A stretch of 64,000 nt of DNA from an uncultured Intestinimonas sp. (GCA_944385655.1 CALWYC010000001.1:1212-65211); one strand, 5' to 3'; counted from the first letter of the stretch, positions 17,592 to 25,697 are shown. A program made the numbers and translations. The notes: generated by a model from the sequence alone, not told the origin.

Positions 17592-18788
17592 TCAGCCCTC
17601 CTCCCTCTTGGCGGCGTGGGGATTGCGGGCGGCGTACTCCGCGGCGGAATCGGCGCACATCTGCTCATAGGTGGTTTTCCTGGCCTTGTCGGCGTTGGCC
17701 CTGGCGCTGTCCATGGCCGCCTGGGCAATGGCGCTCATCATATCGGGGCCCTTGATGGCGGACAGCAGAGCGTCGGTGACCTTCGCCCGTGTCTGCTTGT
17801 CCTCGATGGCAGCCACGGCGGGGCGCACCTTGCGCAGCAGCTCCACCGCCGCGTCCCGGGCGGAAGCGGTCACGCCGTCCATCTCCTCAGCGGGGATAGT
17901 GACGGCCTCCTTGCCTTCTTCTTTGCCGGCCAGCTTGGCAATCATCTCGTCCAGGTCGGTCTCGTCGTGGAGGGGATGCTCGCCCCGGCCGCCCCGGACC
18001 TTGGCCTCTAGCATCTCCAGGATGCGGTCCAGTTTGGAGCCGATGTCGTCGCCCTTGGGGGCCTCGATGGTCTCCGCATCCTTTGCGGGCTCGTCCTTCG
18101 TGGGTTCCGCCTCCGGCGCTTTCGCGGGTTCGGCGTCCAGCACGCTGGCGGTGGTCTGCACCATCGTGTCCAGTTCCTCGGGGCTGGCTTCCTTCGCCGC
18201 CATGCCAAAGGCGGTCAGGACAGACTTCCAAAATTCGCTCATGTGGTTCCTGCCTTTCTCCGCCTGTTCGGCGGCGTCTTTTATCGCAACATCGCGGCCG
18301 GCGCGCCCCCGGGGGACGATGGCCACGTGATTGCCCACAATATGGGTCTGCTTGTATCCGTCCAGATACGGTTCAAACTTGCAGTTATAGCCGCAGGACA
18401 CCTCCCGCAGCACACCGTTTTCCACGTCCGACACCAGGGACGGGTCCTTGATAATGAGGTCGGCCACGGTGTTCTCACCCTCCCGGTGTACATTCTCCAG
18501 GAGCCCCTTGGAGTAGCCCGCCTGGTTTTCCGCGTTCAGCATCTCAGGAGGGTGGCCCCTCGTGATGTCCTTCCCCTCCAGGCTGGCCAGCGCCGCCGGG
18601 GCGAACACGTCCTCCTCCAGGCGGTAGACCGTGACAGGCCGCTCGGGCTCTCCGCCCAGTCCCAGTTCCCCGGCGGAGTACATCTGCGTGCCGGTACGGT
18701 TGATGGGAACGGCATAGCAAATCAGATAGCCCTCCGGGGTCTTCACCAGATGCTCCGAGATGTGGGAGCCATAGTACGCAACTGCCAT
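17592..18788 (-). CDS. DUF2213 prohead protease/scaffold protein
   Basis: TPEGYLIC..RTGTQMY..ITRGHP..REVSCGY..NHVAIVPRGRAG, then charged helical scaffold. Confidence 0.9.
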   Translation of the reverse strand: MAVAYYGSHISEHLVKTPEGYLICYAVPINRTGTQMYSAGELGLGGEPERPVTVYRLEEDVFAPAALASLEGKDITRGHPPEMLNAENQAGYSKGLLENVHREGENTVADLIIKDPSLVSDVENGVLREVSCGYNCKFEPYLDGYKQTHIVGNHVAIVPRGRAGRDVAIKDAAEQAEKGRNHMSEFWKSVLTAFGMAAKEASPEELDTMVQTTASVLDAEPAKAPEAEPTKDEPAKDAETIEAPKGDDIGSKLDRILEMLEAKVRGGRGEHPLHDETDLDEMIAKLAGKEEGKEAVTIPAEEMDGVTASARDAAVELLRKVRPAVAAIEDKQTRAKVTDALLSAIKGPDMMSAIAQAAMDSARANADKARKTTYEQMCADSAAEYAARNPHAAKREEG

Positions 18789-19021
18789 TACTCCACCCCC
18801 GGGACCAGCTGCTCCTGATCGGCGCTCTGGCCTGCCGCGGCCTCCAGAAGCAGATCGGCGATAATTGCCTGGTGGTCTGTCTCATCGGCCTGGATCTCCA
18901 GCAGCTTGGGGATGTGCTCCGGGGGCGCGACGGCCATGCAGGTCAGATAGAGCCGCACCGTCTCCGTCTCCCCCGCCAGGGAGCGCTTGAGCAGGTCAAT
19001 GTATTCCTGGTTGTAGTCCAT
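18788..19021 (-). CDS. Small ferritin-like/rubrerythrin-like two-helix protein
   Basis: MDYNQEYIDLLKRSLAGETETVRLY..LLEIQADETDHQAII (E-x6-Y and DExxH); RBS GAGGTG. Confidence 0.7.
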   Translation of the reverse strand: MDYNQEYIDLLKRSLAGETETVRLYLTCMAVAPPEHIPKLLEIQADETDHQAIIADLLLEAAAGQSADQEQLVPGVE

Positions 19022-19043
19022 GCAAATCACCTCGCAGGCAAAT

Positions 19044-19084
19044 AAAAAAGAGGCCAACTACCGAGATTTCCTCGATAGCTGACC
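19044..19084 (-). terminator. Intrinsic terminator inside the late operon
   Basis: 14-bp stem GGTCAGCTATCGAG/CTCGGTAGTTGGCC (3 G-U pairs on the minus strand), loop GAAAT, followed by TCTTTTTT. Confidence 0.75.
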
Positions 19085-19108
19085 CCGATGGTCCTTCCCT
19101 GGCTCCAA

Positions 19109-19240
19109 TTAGCCAGAGGTCTGGTATCTGATTGTCCGCTTATCCTCCAGAATGATGTAGCCGGCTCCTTTCTTCCGAACCACGGCATCATTCCCCTTGT
19201 CCACAATCATTTTGATAGCGCTCCAGGCCTTTTCATCCAT
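19109..19240 (-). CDS. Small basic protein (43 aa)
   Basis: MDEKAWSAIKMIVDKGNDAVVRKKGAGYIILEDKRTIRYQTSG, overlapping the upstream stop. Confidence 0.6.
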   Translation of the reverse strand: MDEKAWSAIKMIVDKGNDAVVRKKGAGYIILEDKRTIRYQTSG

Positions 19241-19505
19241 AGATCGCTCTTTGCAGGGTTCCATCGGCATCATCCTCCACAATTTCAAAACGTCCGGGTG
19301 GAGTCTCCCCATCCATGGGCCGCGGAGCCTTGGCATCGTAAAGATAACCCTCCTGCTCCCCGTCTGCTTTTTCCCAATAATCTGGTCCTTCGTCGTCGAT
19401 CAGGCGCAGGCATCCGAACTCCACGCCAAGACACTCATACACCTTTCCACTTGTAAGGCCGCAATAACCGCCGCCAAATGTGTCTCCGACATAGCGCACC
19501 TTCAT
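19233..19505 (-). CDS. Putative immunity protein of the MuF toxin
   Basis: MKVRYVG..LTSGKVYECL..LRLIDDEG.DY..YLY; ATGA-coupled to the MuF gene. Confidence 0.65.
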   Translation of the reverse strand: MKVRYVGDTFGGGYCGLTSGKVYECLGVEFGCLRLIDDEGPDYWEKADGEQEGYLYDAKAPRPMDGETPPGRFEIVEDDADGTLQRAIYG

Positions 19506-20944
19506 TTCTGCTTCACGCCCTTTACCTTCTCCTTATAGTGGACACCGTCAAGTTCGTACCAGTGAACATCATAACGGTAACTTTCTGTTTCAATTATACC
19601 GCCCTTTTTCTCCCATTTCAACGGATCTCCACCGTAGTCGGCGGCCAAAAATGCGGCGTCCCGAAGCACCGTCTCCGTCCCATACCCTGCGATTCTTCGC
19701 ACCCTGAGGATTGTCGCACCTGCTGGCACAACCCCGGGAGAGTCTCCGGGCAACTGAAGCGTATGAGAAACTGTGCTGGTGCGATTTACCTCCCTGTATA
19801 GCCTCTCCCACTCTCTGTACTTCTCATCGTCCGCCCCCTTGTGCTTCTGCCAGGTGGCGAAGGTCTTGGGCACTGGGTCGCCCACGGTCATCCGGTACCG
19901 CTCCCACTGGCGGTAGTCCGACAGCCAGCGCCGCCTGGCAGCTTCTTTCGCCCGGTAGGCCTTGATCTGCTTCTCGGTCCGGGGGTCTCGGCTGAACGGG
20001 TTTTTACGGGGGTCGGAGAAGTCCTTAATTTTTTGGATCTCCTCCTCGGTACGACCCGCCTCTGTGTATGGGTAGATGCTATGGAGGCAATTGGGGTGGA
20101 TATTCAACCAAGTATTCGCCAGCGTGTCAGGTCCCGCAGGGTCCTGCTTCCCAAATGCCGCCGCCAGGGGCGGATAGTCCGGATTCGTACCGCTTTTGGA
20201 GTACACCCGGCCTTCATAGGGGGCGCACAGGGCGCATGTGGTCCCGTGGGAGGAGATGCGGTATAAATCCTGCTCCGGGTCCGCCGTCAGCACTGCCAGC
20301 ACCTCCGCCTGCCGGGAGGTAGTGCGGGAAACCATGCTGCAATAGGTGTGCAGAGACCAGTGCCGCCCGGCCTTGTCCACGAAGGCTGTGACCCCTTCCC
20401 GGCGGAGCTGCTCCACAAAAACCCGCAGCATCTTGTATGTCCCGCGTCCTGTGGCCTGCTGTAAGGCCACCTGCTCCAGGCCGACACGCCGGTATACATC
20501 CGGCTCAACCCGGCCAATCAGGGCACTCTGCACGGTGGCCATAGCGGTTATGGTTGCGTCAGTGATCTCCCCCATCAGGTTCATGACCAACTGGTCGACA
20601 ATGGCGTACTGTGAGGCGGAGATGGCTGGTGACCCGACGCCGGCGTTATAATACCCCGCCGCATGCTTGGCCGCCGTCTCCGGCGCCTCCATGGCCTTCC
20701 GGGCCTCCGGTACCCGCACATAGAACTGCTTTTCAATCATCTTCGGCACATATTCCCAACAGTCGGACTCCATCCGCCGAAGGATCGCCTGTACCCGCTC
20801 CAAGGCGGCCACGGCGTGGTAGTCCACGAGCCCTTGACTGCGCAGGCGGCCGATCTCGTTGATGATGGCGGTCTCGGCTCTCAGATAGATGGATATGAGC
20901 TTTTCCAGCTCTTTCTCATTCGGCGCTCGGTTCAGCGTTGGCAT
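19502..20944 (-). CDS. Minor capsid (MuF-family) protein with C-terminal toxin-like extension
   Basis: FVDKAGRHWSLHTY..ISSHGTTCALCAPYEGRVYS..HPNCLH core; extra domain RIAGYG..LRD..YGG..WEKKGG..DVHWYE. Confidence 0.85.
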   Translation of the reverse strand: MPTLNRAPNEKELEKLISIYLRAETAIINEIGRLRSQGLVDYHAVAALERVQAILRRMESDCWEYVPKMIEKQFYVRVPEARKAMEAPETAAKHAAGYYNAGVGSPAISASQYAIVDQLVMNLMGEITDATITAMATVQSALIGRVEPDVYRRVGLEQVALQQATGRGTYKMLRVFVEQLRREGVTAFVDKAGRHWSLHTYCSMVSRTTSRQAEVLAVLTADPEQDLYRISSHGTTCALCAPYEGRVYSKSGTNPDYPPLAAAFGKQDPAGPDTLANTWLNIHPNCLHSIYPYTEAGRTEEEIQKIKDFSDPRKNPFSRDPRTEKQIKAYRAKEAARRRWLSDYRQWERYRMTVGDPVPKTFATWQKHKGADDEKYREWERLYREVNRTSTVSHTLQLPGDSPGVVPAGATILRVRRIAGYGTETVLRDAAFLAADYGGDPLKWEKKGGIIETESYRYDVHWYELDGVHYKEKVKGVKQK

Positions 20945-22358
20945 TGGTCAGCCCCTCCCCGTAGCCCAGGCCCATCAGCGGATCACGCAGTGCGGTGGCG
21001 TCCTGATAGGTTTTTCCGGTGTTGCCCCTGATCTCCTCGTCTGTCAGGCTGCCCCACAGTCCGGTTTCATCCTCCAGCTTCTTAAGTTCCTTCTGGGCGG
21101 TATCCACATTGAGGAGCCCAGCCTGGTAAGTGGATACAATGGCCTCCGCCTTGCTCTTGGCGATCTCCGCCACTTCTTTTGCCGTGGGCGTCCACAGGGG
21201 CGGGAATGTAACCGCCAGATCATCCGGCACAAAGCCCCAGGCGCTCATGCACAGCACCGGCAGCAGCTTCTCCAGCGCCGGCCGCAATTTGGCCTCCCGC
21301 TGGCTGTCCACGTAGTCGTAGTAGTTCCGCAGATCGCTCTCTCCGGTGGAGTTCAGCCCTCCGGGAGAGCGCCCGAAGAGCTTGGTCATGGGGTAGCGGC
21401 TGGCGCCGCACAGATTGAGACACATGGACTCGTAAACCTCTTGCAGGCCATTGAAGTGATACTGGGTGTTAGTGAGCTTCGTCCCCTGCTCCACCAGCTG
21501 CGTGCCGTAGTTGGTACGCAGGACACTTTGCGCCTGCATCATAGCCCAAAAGCGCCGCTGCACCTCCGGGGAGGCCATGGACAGCATCTGCTCCATGCCC
21601 TTGACCTCCATCGTGTTGACGTTGGCCTGGAAGGTCAGCGCGGCCATGTTGGCCGATACGTTGTCATGGGACACCACGTCCTTGTACAGGGCCTCCACCT
21701 CGGATTCGCCCCAGTACATTTCCGCCACCCGCTCCAAAAACGGGAGATCCCGTCCGGTGAAGCGGATCACGCGGGAGTGGTGGACATTGACCACCGTGTG
21801 CCCTGCGGCGTCTGTGATGCTGTAGCTTTTGGGTATCGGGTCTCCACCCTCAAAAAACAGCTCCATGTTGGGCGTGATACCCTGCCAGCGGTCGAGTATG
21901 TAGAGGCCCCGGAAGCTGCCCGGATACACCAGGTCTATGTCCAGAGGCTTGGACAAATCTTCCTGCCCCTCTATCTGGATGAGTCCTGCTGCGCCACCGT
22001 ACAGGCGCCCCCAGCGCAGGCCCTCATTTAAGCGGGCCCGGAGCTGTGTTTTGCGCTCTATCTGGTCAAGTGCGTCCTGCTGCTCCGGTGTGACACCGCC
22101 TTTGAGCTTGTACCACTCCCGCAGCATATCGTCCACCATTAGGCCGACCACGTTCTGGACCACCCAGTTGTCCCGGTACAGAGAATTGAGCAGGGCATAG
22201 TTGTCAGTCATGCGGGTCAGCGGGTACTCCGTGGCCTCCAAGGGGGATTGAGAGCCGTATCCCAGGCGGAACAGAGGGTTGGAGAACGCATCCAGGACGT
22301 TGACCGCCTCGGTATTCTGCTTTGTGCCCGCCGGGCGGGTCTTATGGCGTCTGGACAC
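20916..22358 (-). CDS. Portal protein (DUF1073-like)
   Basis: Follows terminase; WGRLYGGA, VHHSRVIRF, PMTKLFGRSPGGLNSTGESDLRNYYD. Confidence 0.9.
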   Translation of the reverse strand: MSRRHKTRPAGTKQNTEAVNVLDAFSNPLFRLGYGSQSPLEATEYPLTRMTDNYALLNSLYRDNWVVQNVVGLMVDDMLREWYKLKGGVTPEQQDALDQIERKTQLRARLNEGLRWGRLYGGAAGLIQIEGQEDLSKPLDIDLVYPGSFRGLYILDRWQGITPNMELFFEGGDPIPKSYSITDAAGHTVVNVHHSRVIRFTGRDLPFLERVAEMYWGESEVEALYKDVVSHDNVSANMAALTFQANVNTMEVKGMEQMLSMASPEVQRRFWAMMQAQSVLRTNYGTQLVEQGTKLTNTQYHFNGLQEVYESMCLNLCGASRYPMTKLFGRSPGGLNSTGESDLRNYYDYVDSQREAKLRPALEKLLPVLCMSAWGFVPDDLAVTFPPLWTPTAKEVAEIAKSKAEAIVSTYQAGLLNVDTAQKELKKLEDETGLWGSLTDEEIRGNTGKTYQDATALRDPLMGLGYGEGLTNANAEPSAE

Positions 22359-23575
22359 TATTCAAACCTCCAATCGGGCAGGTAGTTCACGAAATAGCGC
22401 AGGGCATCAGGCCCGTGGTCCTGCTGCTTGACGGGCTTCTCCTCGCCGCGCTGGGCGGCCTTATCGTCCCACATGTACGTTCCGAGCTCGTCAATCAGGC
22501 CCATACAGTTTGCCTCGTTGACCAGCAGGCGCCGGCGGGCAAACAGGGTGCCTGTCCTGCGGATCCCGTCCGACACGTCGTTGTCAGCTTCCCGGACATA
22601 TGCCCCCCGCTGCCGCAGAGCCACGATGAAGGACGCGGCGGAGGGGTCAACCAGCACCGTGCACCAGTCTTTGCCCATGAACTCCATGAAGTCGTCGGCG
22701 TACTCTTGGTCGGTCTTCTGCCGGCGCTCCTTGCGGCTGTCCCAGCGGTATTCCCGATCCACCCTGATAACCTCGCCGTCATCGTAGATATCCAGGAATA
22801 CGCATGGATTCGTGGTGCCGTAGTCACAGGCGATGTAGCGGGTGGAGCTGTAGAGCGCCCCTGTTGGGGCCTGCTTATACACGTTCTCCGTCAGGTCGAA
22901 CATGTCGTAAATCAGGCCCTCGGACATCACCCACTGCCCCAGGATGTATCTCTGGTAAAACACGCCGCTGTACATGTTCCGATACCGCTGGCGTGTTGCG
23001 TCATCCAACCCGGGGTTGTCGCCCATGAGGAAGTGCAGGTGCAAGGCGTTGCGCTCCTGCGCTTTGAGGATCCACTCTTGACGGAACCAGTGCAGCGGGT
23101 TCTCCGGGTTGCAGTTGAACCACATCTTTGCCCCGGATACAGAGCACCGGGCCAGCGCCTGCTCCACGAAGGAGCGGGGCATCAGCGCCACCTCGTCCAG
23201 CAATACCCCGGCCAGCGTGATGCCCTGGATGAGCGTGTAGGAGGACTCATCCTTGCCGCCGAACAGATAGAAGCGGTTTTCTCGGTTTCCGTCCCGAGCG
23301 ATTAGCACATGGTCACCGCGGTTATACTTCACGCTGAACCGGGTTCTCACCCACTTGACCGCCAGCAGCGGAGTTACAATGTTCCGCTCCACAGCTCCCA
23401 CCGATTTTCCGCAGAACGCAAATGCCTGACCGGTGAAACTCAACATCGCCCAGCGGAAGAAGGACAAGGACATGACGGAGGTCTTGCCCGACCGAACCGC
23501 CCCGTCACAGATCAGCGCATCATAGCTGGTGTGTGGAAAAGCCATGATTTTCATCTGCTTTTCGCTGAACATCAC
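22358..23575 (-). CDS. Terminase large subunit (PBSX family)
   Basis: Walker A DGAVRSGKT, Walker B VLLDE, CDYGTTNP, VDPSA, DHGPDALRY. Confidence 0.95.
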   Translation of the reverse strand: MMFSEKQMKIMAFPHTSYDALICDGAVRSGKTSVMSLSFFRWAMLSFTGQAFAFCGKSVGAVERNIVTPLLAVKWVRTRFSVKYNRGDHVLIARDGNRENRFYLFGGKDESSYTLIQGITLAGVLLDEVALMPRSFVEQALARCSVSGAKMWFNCNPENPLHWFRQEWILKAQERNALHLHFLMGDNPGLDDATRQRYRNMYSGVFYQRYILGQWVMSEGLIYDMFDLTENVYKQAPTGALYSSTRYIACDYGTTNPCVFLDIYDDGEVIRVDREYRWDSRKERRQKTDQEYADDFMEFMGKDWCTVLVDPSAASFIVALRQRGAYVREADNDVSDGIRRTGTLFARRRLLVNEANCMGLIDELGTYMWDDKAAQRGEEKPVKQQDHGPDALRYFVNYLPDWRFE

Positions 23576-24027
23576 AGCCCCCTTGCCAGCTCTTTCAGGC
23601 TCTCGGTCAGAGCGTCATCCTCGGTCTGATTGACCTCAAACGCCCCCTCCGCCTGCTTATCGCGCCACCTATCCGGGCGGCGGTTCTTCAACCAGAAGAT
23701 CTGCGCTGTGGTGTCCGGCGGCACGGTCTTGGTGGTCTGGATCACCTTGCGGTCGTCCTTATCGCTGACCTCCACCCGCTCCTCCATGTACTCATAGCCC
23801 AAGGCTCGTTTCAAGAGGGCGTTTTCTACTTGGGTGTCAACGACGTCTTTACCCCTTTTTAGGGCCTCACAAATCTCACCATACGCACTTTTCCACACAT
23901 ACAGCGTTTTCGCCGTGATGCCCATGTTATGGGCGATTTGCTCATCGGTCAGCCCATCCCGGGCCCAGCCCTCCAGTAGCAGGAGCCCGTCCGGCTCCAG
24001 CCACCGCTGATACTTGCCTTTCGCCAC
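23572..24027 (-). CDS. Terminase small subunit
   Basis: WARDGLTDEQIAHNMGI HTH, VENALLKRALG, PDTTAQIFWLKNRRPDRWRD. Confidence 0.9.
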   Translation of the reverse strand: MAKGKYQRWLEPDGLLLLEGWARDGLTDEQIAHNMGITAKTLYVWKSAYGEICEALKRGKDVVDTQVENALLKRALGYEYMEERVEVSDKDDRKVIQTTKTVPPDTTAQIFWLKNRRPDRWRDKQAEGAFEVNQTEDDALTESLKELARGL

Positions 24028-24058
24028 AATGGGCTCACCACCTCACGGTCAAAATATC

Positions 24059-24405
24059 TGGTGCCACCGCCCGCCTCATGCGGCGAGGAGCGGCGTATAT
24101 AGCCGGGGTAACCGGCTATCTTGCGGGTTTGGTCAGGCTGTCCGCTAGCCTGTCCGTAGTCGGTCATAGCGACCACGCTTTTTTACCAGGTACTATGACT
24201 ACCTGTTCTGCCGCGTGGAGAGTGCGACCCTCCGGCCCGGATCTTGGGCTGGCGTCAGCCGTGCGGCATATATGGTCTCCCGACGGCGATTACCGCCGGG
24301 AGAAAGGGAAAAGAGAGGAAGAACGCCCGGATATTCATACCGCCTCCGGGCCAGGGCGGCGGAGGTGAAGAAGCGCAGAGGCTGAGATAGACCCCTGCGC
24401 TTCTC
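24059..24405 (-). ncRNA. Candidate highly structured RNA (late-operon leader or phage ncRNA)
   Basis: About eight consecutive hairpins/pseudoknots identified by hand between a TAAAAT -10 element (24411-24406) and the terminase RBS; no convincing ORF. Confidence 0.55.
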
Positions 24406-24430
24406 ATTTTAACGTAACTTCTCCCGCCCA

Positions 24431-24448
24431 CGTTGCCAATTGGCAACG
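24431..24448. promoter_or_regulatory. Perfect 18-bp palindrome CGTTGCCAATTGGCAACG, probable operator/activator site of the late promoter
   Basis: Lies just downstream of the XRE gene and upstream of the TAAAAT -10; no correctly spaced -35. Confidence 0.6.
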
Positions 24449-24460
24449 CCGCAAATTTTT

Positions 24461-24676
24461 TTAGCGAAATTTTGACCGGCCTGTTAAGTAGTCCAGGCTG
24501 ACCTCATAGTAGTCCGCCAGGGCAATGAGCGCCTCCATGCTCGGAGTCCGTTCTCCCCGCTCATATCTTCTTACGGCGCTCTTCTCCAGCCCGCACAGCT
24601 CCGAGACCGTCGCCATGCTCCTCACCGGCCGGCGCTCTTCTCGCAGTCTCCTCAGCCGCTCAGGAAACTCTCTCAC
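24461..24676 (-). CDS. XRE-family HTH regulator (candidate late regulator)
   Basis: FPERLRRLRE..VRRYERGERTPSMEALIALADYYEVSLDYL; last early gene. Confidence 0.85.
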   Translation of the reverse strand: MREFPERLRRLREERRPVRSMATVSELCGLEKSAVRRYERGERTPSMEALIALADYYEVSLDYLTGRSKFR

Positions 24677-25218
24677 TCGTTCCCCACCAAACTTTCATCT
24701 TTTACATTGCTTTTTGGAAGTACAGGTTCAATCTTTCGTTCTCCCAGGCCACAGAAGTGTTCTCTTGTATCCAAATCAAACGGAAGAAAAACGGTGTTTG
24801 TTTTTGGGCAATGTGCGTACAGTTTATTGTCCTTACCAGGCGGTGCGGGCAAGGGCATCCAGTGGGTGACATTTACGATTTTTGTAAAATCCCAGTCTCT
24901 CCAGGTGACCTCTGTTTCGGCATCCATAGTCATGGCATATCCATAGTCACAGTATTGAGCTATTTTCATTTGCCAGTTTCCGGCGTTGTCTTTTTTCGCC
25001 ACCCAATACGACTTTGCCCCTGTTCCCGGATTGTATTTCGGCAGCCTCTCCTCCACGCTCACCCACTCGTTCGGCGGGGTGAGGGTGGGTGCTGAATGCA
25101 CCATCGATCTGACTCGCATGAGGCAGTCGTTAAACCCCTCTGTATATCGCTGGTTAGCCGGGCCTGCCTTTTTTCTGTTGAGCCGCTCCATTAAGGTGTC
25201 GGCATCAATCGGTCTCAT
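24673..25218 (-). CDS. DUF551-like phage protein
   Basis: MRPIDAD..EWVSVEERLP..VTHWMPLPAPP. Confidence 0.75.
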   Translation of the reverse strand: MRPIDADTLMERLNRKKAGPANQRYTEGFNDCLMRVRSMVHSAPTLTPPNEWVSVEERLPKYNPGTGAKSYWVAKKDNAGNWQMKIAQYCDYGYAMTMDAETEVTWRDWDFTKIVNVTHWMPLPAPPGKDNKLYAHCPKTNTVFLPFDLDTREHFCGLGERKIEPVLPKSNVKDESLVGNE

Positions 25219-25495
25219 CGTCCACCGCCTCCTTCTTCCATTTCTCACGTTGCTTTTTCTGGTACTTTCTCCACTTAGTCATATACGGCTCTGGTATCTC
25301 GTATCCTGTCAGACTGGCGGAATACATCAATTTCTCCGGGTCTTGCAGCACCATATCAATGACCGCCACCATGCCCCTCCAGTTGTTCATGCCGTAGTAC
25401 TTGAAATTGTCCCCCACCTTCTCAACGGCCGCCTTCAGATCCCGCAGAGCCTTTCTGTACGCCGGGTAGTATTGCAGGGGCAGGTCATTCTCCAT
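25205..25495 (-). CDS. Hypothetical phage protein
   Basis: MENDLPLQYY.. 96 aa, overlapping neighbours, RBS GGAGG. Confidence 0.6.
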   Translation of the reverse strand: MENDLPLQYYPAYRKALRDLKAAVEKVGDNFKYYGMNNWRGMVAVIDMVLQDPEKLMYSASLTGYEIPEPYMTKWRKYQKKQREKWKKEAVDDETD

Positions 25496-25697
25496 GCAGC
25501 GCCTCCATCCTCTCCAACACCATCTCCACGGCCTCGTCTGTAAATGGACTTCCGCATTTAGGACAGAAGGTATAGTTGTTTGCCTCCAAAGCATTATATC
25601 CGCATCGTGAGCAGTAAACAAACCCACCCAAATGTGTTGATTCGTTCCAGTGCGCCCTCCACACCTTCTCCACCTGCTCCCGGCTGATTTTATCCAT
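25485..25697 (-). CDS. Zinc-ribbon phage protein
   Basis: CSRCG..FCPKCG. Confidence 0.65.
   Translation of the reverse strand: MDKISREQVEKVWRAHWNESTHLGGFVYCSRCGYNALEANNYTFCPKCGSPFTDEAVEMVLERMEALHGE

Noticed and set aside
20916-22358. Anti-CBASS (Acb1) function sometimes attached to DUF1073-like proteins
   Set aside because: Size, motifs and position after the terminase indicate a portal; no paired HxT phosphoesterase motifs were noticed.
24209-24268. Functional tRNA-Ile(GAT)
   Set aside because: No D-arm, non-canonical T-loop, no U33 and no CCA; retained only as a possible mimic.
23949-24446. Small ORFs 23949-24176, 24078-24368 and 24255-24446 as real genes
   Set aside because: No convincing RBS or protein-like composition; the region is better explained by RNA structure.
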